In this document: positions 45,468-57,369 of the stretch, piece by piece
Numbering within the stretch: position 1 is the first letter of the stretch
Layout of the letters: each line of letters opens with the position of its first letter
Assembly: GCA_010015805.1 (NCBI GenBank)
Contig: ML978123.1
Span: 992,001-1,056,000 of the forward strand
Direction: 5' to 3'
DNA length: 64,000 bases
DNA from: Rhizodiscina lignyota
Taxonomy: Eukaryota
Translations under genes and position numbers: made by a program
The notes under the pieces: generated by a model
Seen by the model: the letters and a program-made list of their open reading frames with translations, nothing else
The model's database searches: none
What the model was told of the DNA's origin: nothing

Positions 45468-46985
45468 ATGGTTTATCCACAGATATTTGCAACCGGCCCC
45501 GATCCAGCCTCGCCTTCCAAAGGCATAGCTTGGGTTGGAGTGGTCAGCAACTGGAGCACACCAATCGAAGGCTCAACTTACACTGGAACTTATACTGGAA
45601 CTCCGAGTGGAACAATCACAGTAAGCTATGATAAAGGACGTCACGACTCCACCACATTTGTCCTCAATGTGGCGACCTATACAACTGGGCTTTCAAGCAT
45701 AGCCCAAGGAATTAAGTTCACCTTTCCACCACCGGTAGCAGCAGCAGCAGCGACTACATCGGCCTCAATCAATACATCTGGCTCAGCCAGGACGTCCAGC
45801 ATTATAACAACGTCTCCTGCAGCACCAACAACAACAACACCAACACCAACAACATCATCACCATCACCATCATCATCATCATCATCATCGGGTAGCTCTA
45901 TCCCAAGCACGAGCTCTTCAGCATCTCCAACACGAGCTACCATTTCCCCGAACCCTATTCCTCACAATGGGAACCCGGTGTCAGGAGGAGCTGCTGCAGG
46001 AATAGCCATCGGTTGCCTGGCTGCCGGAGCCATCCTCGCGTCTCTCCTGTTCTTCCTGTTCTGTCTGCCGAAGGCCCGGAAGCGCAGGGACTATGAGCGC
46101 GCGCCGCTCGAGATGAACAATGTCCCGCCTATGAATGGTGCCAAAGGTGGCGCAACCACAACAACAACATCCAGTGGACTGGAAGGGGCGGCAGCAATTG
46201 TGGAAAACCATCTTCCGCAGACAGTCCCTGACAGAACGATCGCCGATGGTCTCTCGTCGCTAAAGACGTCGATTAGCAACCATGTCCTCAGCTACTATCA
46301 CATCGCTCCCTCCCAAGAGAAAACGTCGGCTCTGAATCTTGCCACGGTGCTAGGAAACAACACGCCTGTCTCTGTGGACAAGCTGAGTGGAATGATGATG
46401 AGCACGAGGACTCGCCCGGCAGCTATGCGGTTCACTCTTGCCTGGATCATTATCTCTCGTCTCGGTTTGGATGGCGATCCAGCAGCTACTTTCCTTCCAT
46501 GGCAATTTCTAAGCTGCGTTCAGAGCATGTCCAAGCCAGGCGGAGATGATGCTGGTAAGAAAACCATCTTCTTCATAATCGGCAATCACTGACACTTCCC
46601 AGTGCGAGCAGCCTTCCTTAGCAAATGGCGCACCATCACTGCCTACCTCTCCTCACAGAATTTCGGCCAAAACAATATTACAGACAACGACCCTCGCAAC
46701 GAACACATTGGCAAGGCTGTTGCTGACGCCGACAGTATCCTTCAGCCTTATGCAAACCCCCGGGAAGACAACGCGCAAAGGCAGCGCAATCTGGAAGAGA
46801 TCATGAAGCGGGCAGTGCGCTTTGCATATACGCTATTTGCACATCCAAGCTCCTTCAAGTTTGATTGGCAAGCCAATGCAGACAGCCTCGTGGTATTCCC
46901 GGGCATGCAGCAGGTAACGGACGAGGCTGGGGCTCCGCTCCATCCAACGAGGTCGTTTGGAGAGAAGGAGGTGGCACGTGTGTGA
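45468..46985 (+). CDS. Single-pass membrane protein: Ser/Thr-rich stalk, GxxxG TM helix, conserved-looking cytosolic domain
   Basis: TM VSGGAAAGIAIGCLAAGAILASLLFFLFCL followed by KARKRR. Intron 46555-46602 joins to FLSKWRTITAYL...RQRNLEEIMKRAVRFAYTLFAHPSSFKFDW...LVVFPGMQQVTDEAG. A possible extra 5' exon at 45361-45391 is also in phase. Confidence 0.8.
45823..45889 (+). repeat. Coding trinucleotide microsatellite (ACA/CCA/TCA) encoding the Thr/Pro/Ser stalk
   Basis: ACCAACAACAACAACACCAACACCAACAACATCATCACCATCACCATCATCATCATCATCATCATC is visible directly. Confidence 0.85.
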
Positions 46986-47876
46986 ACGGATAATTTGAGG
47001 GGCTGTTCATGGAATATTTGCTCCACTTGCTCGTTATAGTAATTAGGGACGATATGGCAATGATACCTTTTGATTATGAAAGCTTTCAAGAAACTCTCCG
47101 ACGAGGCTGAAGTTCAGCCTTGCGATAGACGTCGATTTAAAGGCTGCCAAGCTTTGACCACTCGTAGTCCAGTTCTCGCGGGACTTGGAATTTTGGAATT
47201 TTGGAACGCGGGCCGCAGACTGGCAGAGAAGCGCTAAGCCAAATAGGCTTGGTCCCCGCTTTAGGAATGGCTTGCATGGAAATGGGTGGGGACCAGATGG
47301 CTCTCGGCGAACGAGAGTGCCTCCTTAGCCCACCGGAAAGCAGACTCTGACCCCCTAAAATGAACTCCCAAAGACGTGTTTTGATCATTCTTATGTTTCA
47401 AATTTAGAAGCCAGGGACGGCAATTCCCTGTTCGTCCTCTAAAGTCACCGAAATCGAGAGTTGTTTCGTGTGGTTGCACTGTGGCTGAGAGTGATGGCTC
47501 GAGGAAAGGTGCATGTGCGGGAGAGCAGGACGCCTCCATCGCTTGTCGCTTGTCCATTGCTTGTCCATCGTGCCAAGCCAAGCCCGCCTCAGCTAAACTT
47601 GGAAGGAATGCACGAATGAGGAGGCTCTGCGGCAAACCGATCGCTCTCGCCGGTTTGAGCTGCCCACAGTCGAGAATTGGCACCGAACAATCGCTCTTCT
47701 TCCCTCACCATGAGATCTTGAACGTGATGACCGAGTCGGCAGCAACGTTCAAATCTCAAGACACTTTCTACGAGTACTACAATCGGAGCTTAGGGATGCC
47801 AAAGCCAGTTCATCACCGTTTCTCGATACGACAAGCGCATAGATAGGCGCCAACGTCAACCCCCGCACCACAATTC

Positions 47877-49646
47877 ATGACCATACGAACAATGGCGTCT
47901 CCTGGACCTTTCGATGCGATAAATACGGCCTTCAGACTTATCGAATTCTGCATGCAGATGAAGGATGTCTCTCTCGAGAACCGGGTATTCGTGACCCTGA
48001 TCCAGCGGGTTCAAGACGATGTTGAAGAAGCATTCCGTCTGATGCGCAAGCCCGAAGTTCAAGAACATTTCAACGTCGACCCGGGGAAACAAGAACGAGT
48101 TGAGAGCACGATACTCAGCGCACGCTCGGCGATCAACTCCATCGGAAGATTTGTTGAAACTGTGCGCGTCGACGAGGAGCGCAATGGCTCTATCGGCATG
48201 CTTCATCGGTTCGAGTGGGTCCTGAGACACCAAGCTAAACTCGGTTCACGAGAGCTGGAGCTGTCGACGTGCCACAAGAGCTTACTGAGCTCCATCGGCA
48301 TGATGCAAAGTCTGGAACTCCATCCGCTGAAGAACAAGACTGTCGTGACGATAACATCGAGCAACAGCTTGCTCATTTCACCCCGCGCGAGGCTACGTCA
48401 GCGCAAGTCCATTGCAACGATGGAGAATCTGATCGACTTGAGCGATGCTGATGAACCAAGGAGCGTAGGAGGAGAGCCAGAGACCGGAAACCTATCCTGG
48501 TCTATCACCGTCTCTCCAGCCGCAAGCACATCTCAGGTTTCGCAGGGCGTGACTCCAAATACAATAACATTGACGTTGCCAGAATTTGAGGAGTTGAGGA
48601 TACCGAATTGTCTCGCGGTTGGTGATCAGGTTTCTACTGGAGTCAGCAAACAAGAACCAATTCCAGCACCGGGCGAATTACCGGCCAAACAAACAGAACT
48701 TAGGGATAACACAGCAAGTATTGTGAGCCTCAACCCAAACAGCGACTGCGGATCTTCCCTGGAACCGGGGTCCCCTTACCGAGAATCCGAATTCGACCAG
48801 TTTGCTCCTCGGCAGGCAACCTCCGTCACTATACAGCGTCCGAATATCACTTCACAGCTGCCCGCATGCCTAAGGGCAGGATTTGCATCGTCAGAGACCC
48901 TCACTCCGGAGATGGATACAATATTATCTCCATCGTTGACGAGCGTCTCCTCCATAGAAGGGCTATCTTCTCCGGAAATGCCTTTTGCTTCACTCTCCGA
49001 GATTTCAGAAGCTTCGAACAACGCCGAGTCTCCTATGGTTGGAGATCCATACTTCCGGTCACCATCTGAATGTAGTAGTATCTCTGAGTTGCCATTCGAG
49101 ACATCACGATCGCCGGTCACTGCCCAAAATGCTGATGTATTATGGCCTTGCTTCAGGATGACATCAATGTCCGACATATCACTCCCTGAAACAATACAGT
49201 CTTCCGAGGACGCAAGTGTCTCCGGTATTGGAGGGCCATCCTTCCGGTCAACATCAGAACCCAACATCCTATCCGAGCTTCCAGTCAGTCATTCAACATC
49301 CTTTCACAACCTGATGAGGTCCGCCATGCCGCACCTCGCCCTCGATCGCTTCGATAGTTTCCGTCACACACCTTCAAATCCGAGCCACCCAAGCGCAGCT
49401 CCTCGACGCCACACAGCGCCAGTACCGCGCCGCCGACCTGTGCCGTCGAGCTATCAGGGTCGATCGTCGGTCTCTTCAATTACACTCCCGGAAGAAAGCA
49501 AGAGGACCAGCATATTTGGGGACTCGCTGAAAGTCGCCGTTGTTGAAGAACCTGAGACTTCGTCGACAGAACCTACGCGGCGCAAGGCGAGCAAAGAGGA
49601 AATACAGAGGCGACGGCGGCGACAGGATCTTGCACTAGGGACTTGA
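47877..49646 (+). CDS. Protein with helical N-terminal domain (SesA/HeLo-like candidate) and long Ser/Pro-rich disordered tail
   Basis: Intronless 589 aa. The first ~150 aa are amphipathic helices (FDAINTAFRLIEFCMQMKDV...RFEWVLRHQAKLGSRELELSTCHKSLLSSIGMMQSLE); the rest is low complexity. Confidence 0.7.
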   Translation: MTIRTMASPGPFDAINTAFRLIEFCMQMKDVSLENRVFVTLIQRVQDDVEEAFRLMRKPEVQEHFNVDPGKQERVESTILSARSAINSIGRFVETVRVDEERNGSIGMLHRFEWVLRHQAKLGSRELELSTCHKSLLSSIGMMQSLELHPLKNKTVVTITSSNSLLISPRARLRQRKSIATMENLIDLSDADEPRSVGGEPETGNLSWSITVSPAASTSQVSQGVTPNTITLTLPEFEELRIPNCLAVGDQVSTGVSKQEPIPAPGELPAKQTELRDNTASIVSLNPNSDCGSSLEPGSPYRESEFDQFAPRQATSVTIQRPNITSQLPACLRAGFASSETLTPEMDTILSPSLTSVSSIEGLSSPEMPFASLSEISEASNNAESPMVGDPYFRSPSECSSISELPFETSRSPVTAQNADVLWPCFRMTSMSDISLPETIQSSEDASVSGIGGPSFRSTSEPNILSELPVSHSTSFHNLMRSAMPHLALDRFDSFRHTPSNPSHPSAAPRRHTAPVPRRRPVPSSYQGRSSVSSITLPEESKRTSIFGDSLKVAVVEEPETSSTEPTRRKASKEEIQRRRRRQDLALGT

Positions 49647-50205
49647 GAAGAGACGAATTAAACAAAACACTAAACCGATGTTGGACGTTATTGAGAGGAA
49701 TTGATGCACACACTCTTTCCAGATCAGAGTGTTTCAATACTTCAATTCGGATTCGCTCATGGTTAAGCAAAGAGTGACGAAGCCCAGTCTTCACGACCCT
49801 TGACGTTCAAAGAGCCGTCAATCAGCGAATGGGAGACTGAAGAGAGAGGTCAAAACTTTGAAAAAGGATTTGACAAATAAAAATCTCCATATCCCGCGAG
49901 CGGGAAGACATACATGCGCGACTCTTGGCGCCAACACGACGAGCATATCACGTGGTGCGTAACTACCACAGTAAGCGACATGAGTGTTAGGAACTTATGG
50001 GGCAATACTCATTGAAACCGAAATTGGTGACGAATGGATTTCATGGGGCATAAAGGTCATATCTCCATTGGGCAAATATGGACAGGGTGGTCAGGGGTAC
50101 GCATGGTGAACATTATTCCAAATTCTACACGTCGAAACCACATTTCAAGCTCGGGTTAACCCGAGGATGCAAATACAACCGCCTCAATGCTCACAGGCGG
50201 TCGTG

Positions 50206-51183
50206 TTATAAGCTCTTTTCAACCTTCATCACTTCGGCAATCCCATCCGCAACAGCTTGGACCTTGACGCCATCCAGCCTCTTCAGCGGCCGCCTCGGGT
50301 ATCCACCATATCCATAATAGCTCTGGATGGCACTCTTTGTGCCTGGAATTGCAGCCTTCGTGAGCACCCAGTCGCCCTTGCTGAGCGTCTTCTGCAGCGA
50401 CATCGCCTCGTCGTACTTGCCCTCGCTCCAAAGGCTCCATACCTTGGCGCACGTCTTCGGCAGGACGTTTGCTCCGCCTGCAATGATGCCCGAGCCGCCT
50501 GATGCGAGCGTCTGTGCCGTGAAGTCTGCCATCCCTCCGAACGCCATATAACCGCTCCCTTCGCTCTTCGGGGTCTTGGCGTCCACAGCCAGAGCAACAC
50601 GCGTCAGCTTGCCAGTGTTTCCGCACGTAAACTTGGTGCCGACAATGTTGGGATGCTGGGACACGCGGATGATGAAATCAGAGTCCATGTCGATGCCCGA
50701 AACTGCTCCGGGGTAGTTGTACAGGATCAGCGGCAGCGGCGACCCGTCCGCGACTTTGGTGTAGTATTCGAACAGCGCGTCCTCGTCCATCGCATATCTG
50801 TAGTATGATGGAGGCACAAGCAGCACATATTCACCGCCTGCCTCTGCCGCCTCCTTGCAGAGGTCGATTGTGCCCCGGATGCTCTGCTCGCTCGCGCCGA
50901 CGATGATGGGCACATCCTTATAGCCCGCTTCATCGAGGGCAGAGCGCGTCTCACGTGTCACTGTGGCCTTCTCTGCTCGTGAAAGATGCACGGCCTCGCC
51001 ATTGGAGCCCATTGTGACAAGGCCCATGAGGCCCGCTTCGGCGAGCCGAACGGCGTGCTTACGGATGATTGGGACATCCAGGTCTTCAGTGTCGGGGTTG
51101 AAAAAGGTCATCGTGGGAGCATAGATGCCCGGTCGCAATGGAGTTCTGGCGCTGCCGCCATTCGATTGTCCGTTGGCGGCCAT
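50206..51183 (-). CDS. gaaC: 2-keto-3-deoxy-L-galactonate (L-threo-3-deoxy-hexulosonate) aldolase, DHDPS family
   Basis: PLRPGIYAPTMTFFNPDTEDLDV...GSNGEAVHL, ILYNYPG, Schiff-base GTKFTCGNTGKL. Closely matches the recalled Aspergillus GaaC / Trichoderma LGA1 sequence. Confidence 0.9.
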   Translation of the reverse strand: MAANGQSNGGSARTPLRPGIYAPTMTFFNPDTEDLDVPIIRKHAVRLAEAGLMGLVTMGSNGEAVHLSRAEKATVTRETRSALDEAGYKDVPIIVGASEQSIRGTIDLCKEAAEAGGEYVLLVPPSYYRYAMDEDALFEYYTKVADGSPLPLILYNYPGAVSGIDMDSDFIIRVSQHPNIVGTKFTCGNTGKLTRVALAVDAKTPKSEGSGYMAFGGMADFTAQTLASGGSGIIAGGANVLPKTCAKVWSLWSEGKYDEAMSLQKTLSKGDWVLTKAAIPGTKSAIQSYYGYGGYPRRPLKRLDGVKVQAVADGIAEVMKVEKSL

Positions 51184-52111
51184 CGTGTGTCGCGTGAGTT
51201 CGCTGAGGGTGCGATAGCGCTCTGAGTGTCCGCAATTGACGAGATTGACGGATTGGAAAAGCGAAAGGAGAGTGAGAGCTCAACACATAGGAAAATTGAA
51301 TCTCAGACCTTGACCTTGTAGTACCACCTACGGGACCCACTTGGCCTGCAGACCGCAGGATTTAAATGCGAAAGAAGGCAGCTTAGCCCAGCCCTGTCTT
51401 TTCCGACGTGCCCCCTCCATCCAAGCACTCTCATGGCGCACGTCATATAGAACGGAAGCACTAACAGTGCCGAGTGAGCCATTATAGCCTTTAAGGCCCT
51501 GATGATAGGGCCGGAGCGACGAAGATATGTAGCGACGACCCGTAACTTTTGCGTGTCGAGCGTCGCTGGCGATCAAGTGGACATGCAACCGCAGGCACAG
51601 CTCTGCCCCCCAGCCGGACGTGACTGGCCACAGCTGCGCGGGTCGATCAGGCTGATATGCTGGCAGAAATCGGCACGCCGGACCTCTGACGTGACTAAAA
51701 TAAAGCTGCCCCGGGTCCCCTGTTTGGTTGAGAGGGAAGCCGTCGCGGACTCGGCGGCGTGGGAGGTGAGTTGAGGTGTCGCACGAGCTCCCGCAGACGA
51801 AGTCTCGGCAGTGGACGTTGACGACTCGGCCTGATATTTTCCACGAATCAGCGGGGAGGGAGGCGACTCCAGAGCTCGGCAGTGTGGGGTTAGATCGACG
51901 TTTGTGTGGGATGTTTCGCTGTTCACGCCGAGAAGTGCAGCAGGACGAATGTGGGGTACCAAATGCTCCCTTTTGATGGGAGTCAATTTAAGTTATCGAC
52001 AGCGAGATATCAACTGGGCACAATTTTACATAGGACTGCCTTACATAGTACTGGCAGTAATGCTTTTATAGCGCGAAAAGCTCCTCGTCAATATCTTCGA
52101 GGAGCCGCGCT

Positions 52112-54108
52112 TCAGGCCTCAGTCTCCGTCTTCGGAGTAATGTCATGCTCCTGGTGCAAAATCTCACCAGCGTCCTTGTGAGTGTGCAGATCCTCCTCCA
52201 AAGCTTTGTGCACCTCCTCCTGGTGCGCCAATTCGTCCTCGTCGCCAAACAAACGGGCCACTTCTTCCAGCGGTAGGCCCTTTGTGTCAGGGAATGTAAA
52301 CTGAATGATGACAATCCAGATGGCACTGGGGATGATAAATACGAGATAGTATTTCCAGCCAATATTGCTGCAAGGCAAGAAGTCAGCCGCCAGGAACACA
52401 AGTCTCAGGTTAGGGGGCAAACTTACGCAAAAGCTGTTGGCGCTGCCTGAACGAAGGCAATGTTCAGCGTCAAAATAGCGACCAACCCCATCGCCAGTCC
52501 CTTCGGCCTCATGTGACTCGGCCACAACTCGCTCACGTATGCCCATTGCGTGCCGTTCAGGAGACCCTGGAAGAAGAAGTTGTAGCAAAAGATCATTGCA
52601 ACACAAGCTTTCAGTGCGGATCCATTGGTCGAAGGTGCACCGGACGTATCGACGAATTCAGCGACAAGGGCAGCTTCTAGAATGAGGAAAACCATGCAGC
52701 CGCCGATACCGAGCTGCAAGACCAGAGGACGGGGCAGACGATCGATGATGAAAAGTCCGATAAGAGCGGAGCCAAGACTCAGTGTCTGCCAGCCGCTGTT
52801 GTACAGGAGTTGCTGAGGCGTGTCGTAGCCAAGATTCTTGTAAATCAGTGGGCTATAGTCTGTTCATTGTCAGCTTTGAATTGCCATCGGCGCTTCCCGC
52901 AAGACGTGAGGCGTACTCGTGATGACCAAGATTCCGGAGAATTGATTAAAACCTGTGCATGCAAGACTCAACCAGAGTCTCCTGCGATAACTTGGCTTCC
53001 TAAACATGTGCATGTAGCTGGTATCGAGTGTCTTGTCGATTCGCATCTGGGCGTCAATTTGAATGTATTCGACTTCAGCTTCTTCCGGGCTATGGAGTCG
53101 GTGGAGAATTTTGCGGGCCTCATCATGGCGGTCCTTCATCAGGAGCCAACGGGGACTCTCGGGGAGCCAGTAGATTCCTGCAAGTAGAAGCAAGGGCGGG
53201 AGGCATTGTACAGCTGGCAAGTGGTCAGTATATTTCAATCAAGGTTTAGACGACGACGACGACGACGACATAGAGGATATACCAAATGGAGCTCTCCACG
53301 AGTCTTTGGAATCCATGAAGAAGAAGCCATACCCAACCCTTGTGATGATTAGTTTCAGTCGTCATTGAACTGAATGCATTGATGCTTACCATGCCGCAGC
53401 CATGTAGCCAAAAACATACATGGCCCCATGCAGATCTACGAGCAAACCTCGGTTCTTGGCAGGAACCACCTCTGCCATCCAAATCGGGACGGTCGCAGAC
53501 AGTAAATTGCCTCCAGCGCCGCTCCAGAATCGGAAGACAATGAACATGGCAACATCGACTGAGCCCGCTAATAGGGCACCGGAAATGAGGGTGACAATGG
53601 CGGACTGTCAAAGGTTAGAGGGAGATCGAACAATTTTCAAAGGAGGTGTGTCTTACAGCTGCAATAGCCCACTTCCGTCCATATTTCTCGGCCATGAAAC
53701 CAATACTGAATGCTGCAATAGTGCCGCCGACATAGTACATAGACTGCACGTGAAGATTCAGCGGGAGAGATCCAATCAACATCGAAACCCATTTTGGCGT
53801 ACAGTCATGAGGGCCAGAATAGCACTTCCGTTGCTCCTCGTCTCGAGCTCAAAATAGCTGTGCGGTCAGCTTTTGGCGTGTTTGTGGAGATCCATAATGT
53901 AGCTTACTCATTGAAGCTTGGAAACGCTGAAGTTTGTTCAGTCTTCATGAAAATACGTGTGGGCATCGAGGTACTCACCAAGTACAGGTGCAATTACGTT
54001 CGCGCTATACCCATATCCCACAGATCCAACGCCCATAGCAATGATGGCGAGCAGATTCGCCGCATTGTACTGCGTGGACTTTTGCGAATGGTGCAGCTCC
54101 TCCGCCAT
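52112..54108 (-). CDS. MFS sugar porter (multi-intron)
   Basis: GSVGYGYSANVIAPVL, EKYGRK, PIWMAEVVPAKNRG, LPESPRWL, NQFSGILVIT, IDRLPRP, YVSELWPSHMRPKG, FPDTKGLPLEEV. About 6 GT-AG introns. Confidence 0.9.
53249..53269. repeat. (GAC)7 microsatellite in an intron of the transporter
   Basis: GACGACGACGACGACGACGAC is seen directly. Confidence 0.85.
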
Positions 54109-55132
54109 GATGGAGATGTGCCAGCCCTGTAACGTGTACGAGAAGTGTTCCGAAGCTTTGGATCAGACGAAAAGGATTTGGACGGAGAAGTGGAACAGAA
54201 GGGCAAGAAAGCGGCGATATGAGCTCGCACCAGCGGCCGCACAGAGGTCATGCAGCCATACTTATGAGGAACTGATCGCCGAAACCGACGATGGATTGCG
54301 GGGTGTCGGGGAGGATTGGAGCCATGGAGAATGGGATCCGGGGTAGTTTGACTGGGACAATTGTGGAGACTGTTTCTAAAATGAACATGGAAGCATGTAG
54401 CAGCCAACGCACGTTCGTGGATCATGACCATTTGTGGTTGTGGAAATCGCCGCAAAATGCCGAGAGAAGGGGATGGGAGCCGCCTGGCCGGATACACACC
54501 CCGTTCGCAGGAGGAAAAAGAGCTGGTGGGACCGTATACGACTGGATCGATCTTTCTCCGAAGATGAGAAAAATTGCGATTGGTTTATAAGGGCTATTTT
54601 CGAGATCTGGCAGTTCAAAATGAAGGGTTGCTGTCGTGAACCCCAGACGTCAGGTCAGATGCAGGCGGCGATTTCGAGGGACCCTGACAGGTGTGGACAA
54701 ATTAAGCGTTGCTAAGCTTTGCGCCGAAAGCTTACGGACCCCGAGTCTCCGCGGTTGTTGCCCCTTCAACCCTTGTGACCACCACAAAACAGTCTGGTAC
54801 ACCGTAAGCTGCGATTCCGACTGAAAAGCTGTCCAATGACCATAATCTCACCAAAATAAGCAGTGCAATATGCAGAAATCCATGACGGAGCACAGTGGTG
54901 AACGCTGAAGATTGGTTTCTTAAAGAGATTCGCTCTCATACCCTGGGACATACCAATTGAGTGCAAAGTCGATGTGAACGGCAAAGTTGCCGATTTTCCT
55001 AGCGCCAAGGCCATATCGCCGACCTCGAAGTTCATGAACATGAAGGGGGGCTGTTAAACAAGTGTGGAGAGGATTAAGCTTTTGAATTGCTAAATCATTG
55101 CTACCACATTTTACCTCACCTTGATGGGGGTT

Positions 55133-56531
55133 TTATTTCAGACTCCACTTATCACCGTCCTTCACAATTTCGACTGTTCTCTTCTCGTCTAGACTCCTTC
55201 GTCCGGCTTCGAGAATGGCGCCTGTCGCGATCGTGTTTTTCAACGTTGGTAGGCCTTCCCTCGCATCCAGCTGGTCGAGTGTGACTTTGCCCTCGTTCAA
55301 CGCCGTCACCGCGTCGATGAACTTCTCGAAGCTGATGTATCCGTATCCGGTCTGACCTGCGAAATTGCCGGATTCGTCCGGGGCGTAGCGCATGTAGAAT
55401 CTGAGTGCCGATAGTTAGCCAACTGCAGTCTCAAGAGCGACATGAGTCGTCTGATCCACAAGCGAAGCAAAATGCCGATGAAACCGAACATACGGATTGT
55501 ACCACATCAAGCCTCCCTCATCCTCAGTAACATCGTAACCCCTCTTTGCCTGGTTCGTTCGAATCTCGCCTTTACTCGCCATGTAGTGGAAGTACTGATT
55601 TGAGTGCACACCGGCCTTCTGCGGCGCTGTCCAGCTTGCCGTGTACACTCCTGTGGCTCTACGCTTGTCGGCTTCGCCCTTCTTCTCCCAGTCCACCAGC
55701 AATGTAATTGTATCCTCCGTCTCAGGCACACAACCCAGATCGACCGCCGTTCCCTTCGAGGCAGACGCGGTGACTCTAACCGGAACATAGTCTGGCACCA
55801 TGCTCGCACAAACATCGACGTGGTGTGAGTTGAGGTAGTAGCTGATGTCCGAGTCTTTCCCCGCCCATGCCTTGAACGTCTCAAGTTGTGATTTCGGCTG
55901 GCTCATGTAGCTGTAGAAGTAGTTGAACTCTCCCAGCTTCTGTGCCTTATATCTCGCGTCTGCGTATGCCGGATCGAAGCGCTTGTGGTGCTCCACGAAG
56001 ACGAACACGCCATGCTTCCTCGACGCCTCAACTAGGGCTATATGTTCTGAGAGGAGCTTCGTTGCGGGTTTGGTGATGAGTACGTGGATCCCACGTTCAA
56101 TGGCATAGAGAGCGATAGGATAGTGGGTGGGGTCTGGCGTGAATATAGTGATTGCGGCACCTTTCGGCAGGGCATCGATGGCAGCCTTGTAGGCCTCAGG
56201 GTCGGTAGAGGTATCAGAGGGGTAAGATGTGAAGGAAACGTCGAGGTTATTGTACACGTCGCGTATATTCTTCTGGAGGTGCTCGCCTTCCCGTAATGTT
56301 ACCTTGAGGTCACGACATAAAGGTCTGAGTATCAGGAGACGTACGTATTGCCGGAAACTTCTTTCCAGAGACACCCACCATTGACAGCTTTCCTACCTTG
56401 CCCCGACGGCGCAGATCAAAGAGAGTCAGGCCTACCACGCCGACTTTTTTGTCCGATGTAGAGGCTCCAGTCCCTACGAAACCCGTAGTGTACTCCCCGG
56501 TTCCAATCATCAAAACATCAGGAGCACCCAT
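55133..56531 (-). CDS. gaaA: D-galacturonate reductase (Gfo/Idh/MocA family), 3 exons
   Basis: [15 protein letters not shown]...[77 protein letters not shown]. Matches recalled GaaA/GAR2. Confidence 0.92.
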
Positions 56532-57360
56532 GTTGGACGATCGAGCTGTAGTAAGAGTAATGTATGAAACGAAGTTGCTGTCGGGTTAGATTGAGGACGA
56601 GAATGAGTTCTGGTTTAGCGGAGTCTAGCTGTCTCTTGCGGAAGGAGCTCAATCAGGAGTCTCTTCAAAGGAAGGCGCTCGCACGAGAACAATTCCGTTG
56701 AGACGTGAACGACAGAGGTCAATTGGACACTGGAGCTTCATTTTGCTTTCTGGAGAATAAGATTTATCCCGAAGTCGCACGCGTGCTAGGACATGGATTG
56801 TTGAGGCCGACGTCACCGTGAACTCCAATTTCCACCTATCACGACATTCGTACATATCCGACACCAAGAATCCCTTTTTCCGCCGCCTTTCAAAAATTTC
56901 CGATCGGTGCCAATAAATTTAAATAAATTTAGGTTTCCGCTCAAGGTCTTCAAAGCAAATAGAAGAAGCCGTTGTACGGGTATATTCCAGTGTCTGAAAA
57001 GATCATCTTCTATGGAGTACTACTGGTGCTGTGAGCGTAGCGAAGTCAAATGCCTGCTTGGAAGCTGTTCCTCCGATGGCAAGGCGACAATATGCAGAAG
57101 TTGATATCTCTAATAAAAGGTCTCTCTTCCACCAAATGGGTGACATACACAAAAGTTCATGAATCTTCTCCAGGAATGTTCTTCCGCTCCTGGAAGCTGT
57201 GTTCGAGGTCGTACTCTTCTCCTTGCGTAGACGTATAAGCGATCAATTCATTTTACATCACACATCGTCTTCCAAAGTGTACACATGAACATTGTAGGAT
57301 TCATCGCCTATATCTGATCTCTTCCTCTAATTACTAGTATCTCTCAGACAAAATTTTGGG

Positions 57361-57369
57361 ATTGGAGGA
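57361..57369 (-). promoter_or_regulatory. Putative GARE (GaaR site, TCCNCCAAT) upstream of gaaA
   Basis: ATTGGAGGA reads TCCTCCAAT on the minus strand, ~830 bp upstream of the gaaA ATG. A second core CCACCAA is at 57129-57135. The motif also occurs by chance elsewhere in the window. Confidence 0.4.
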
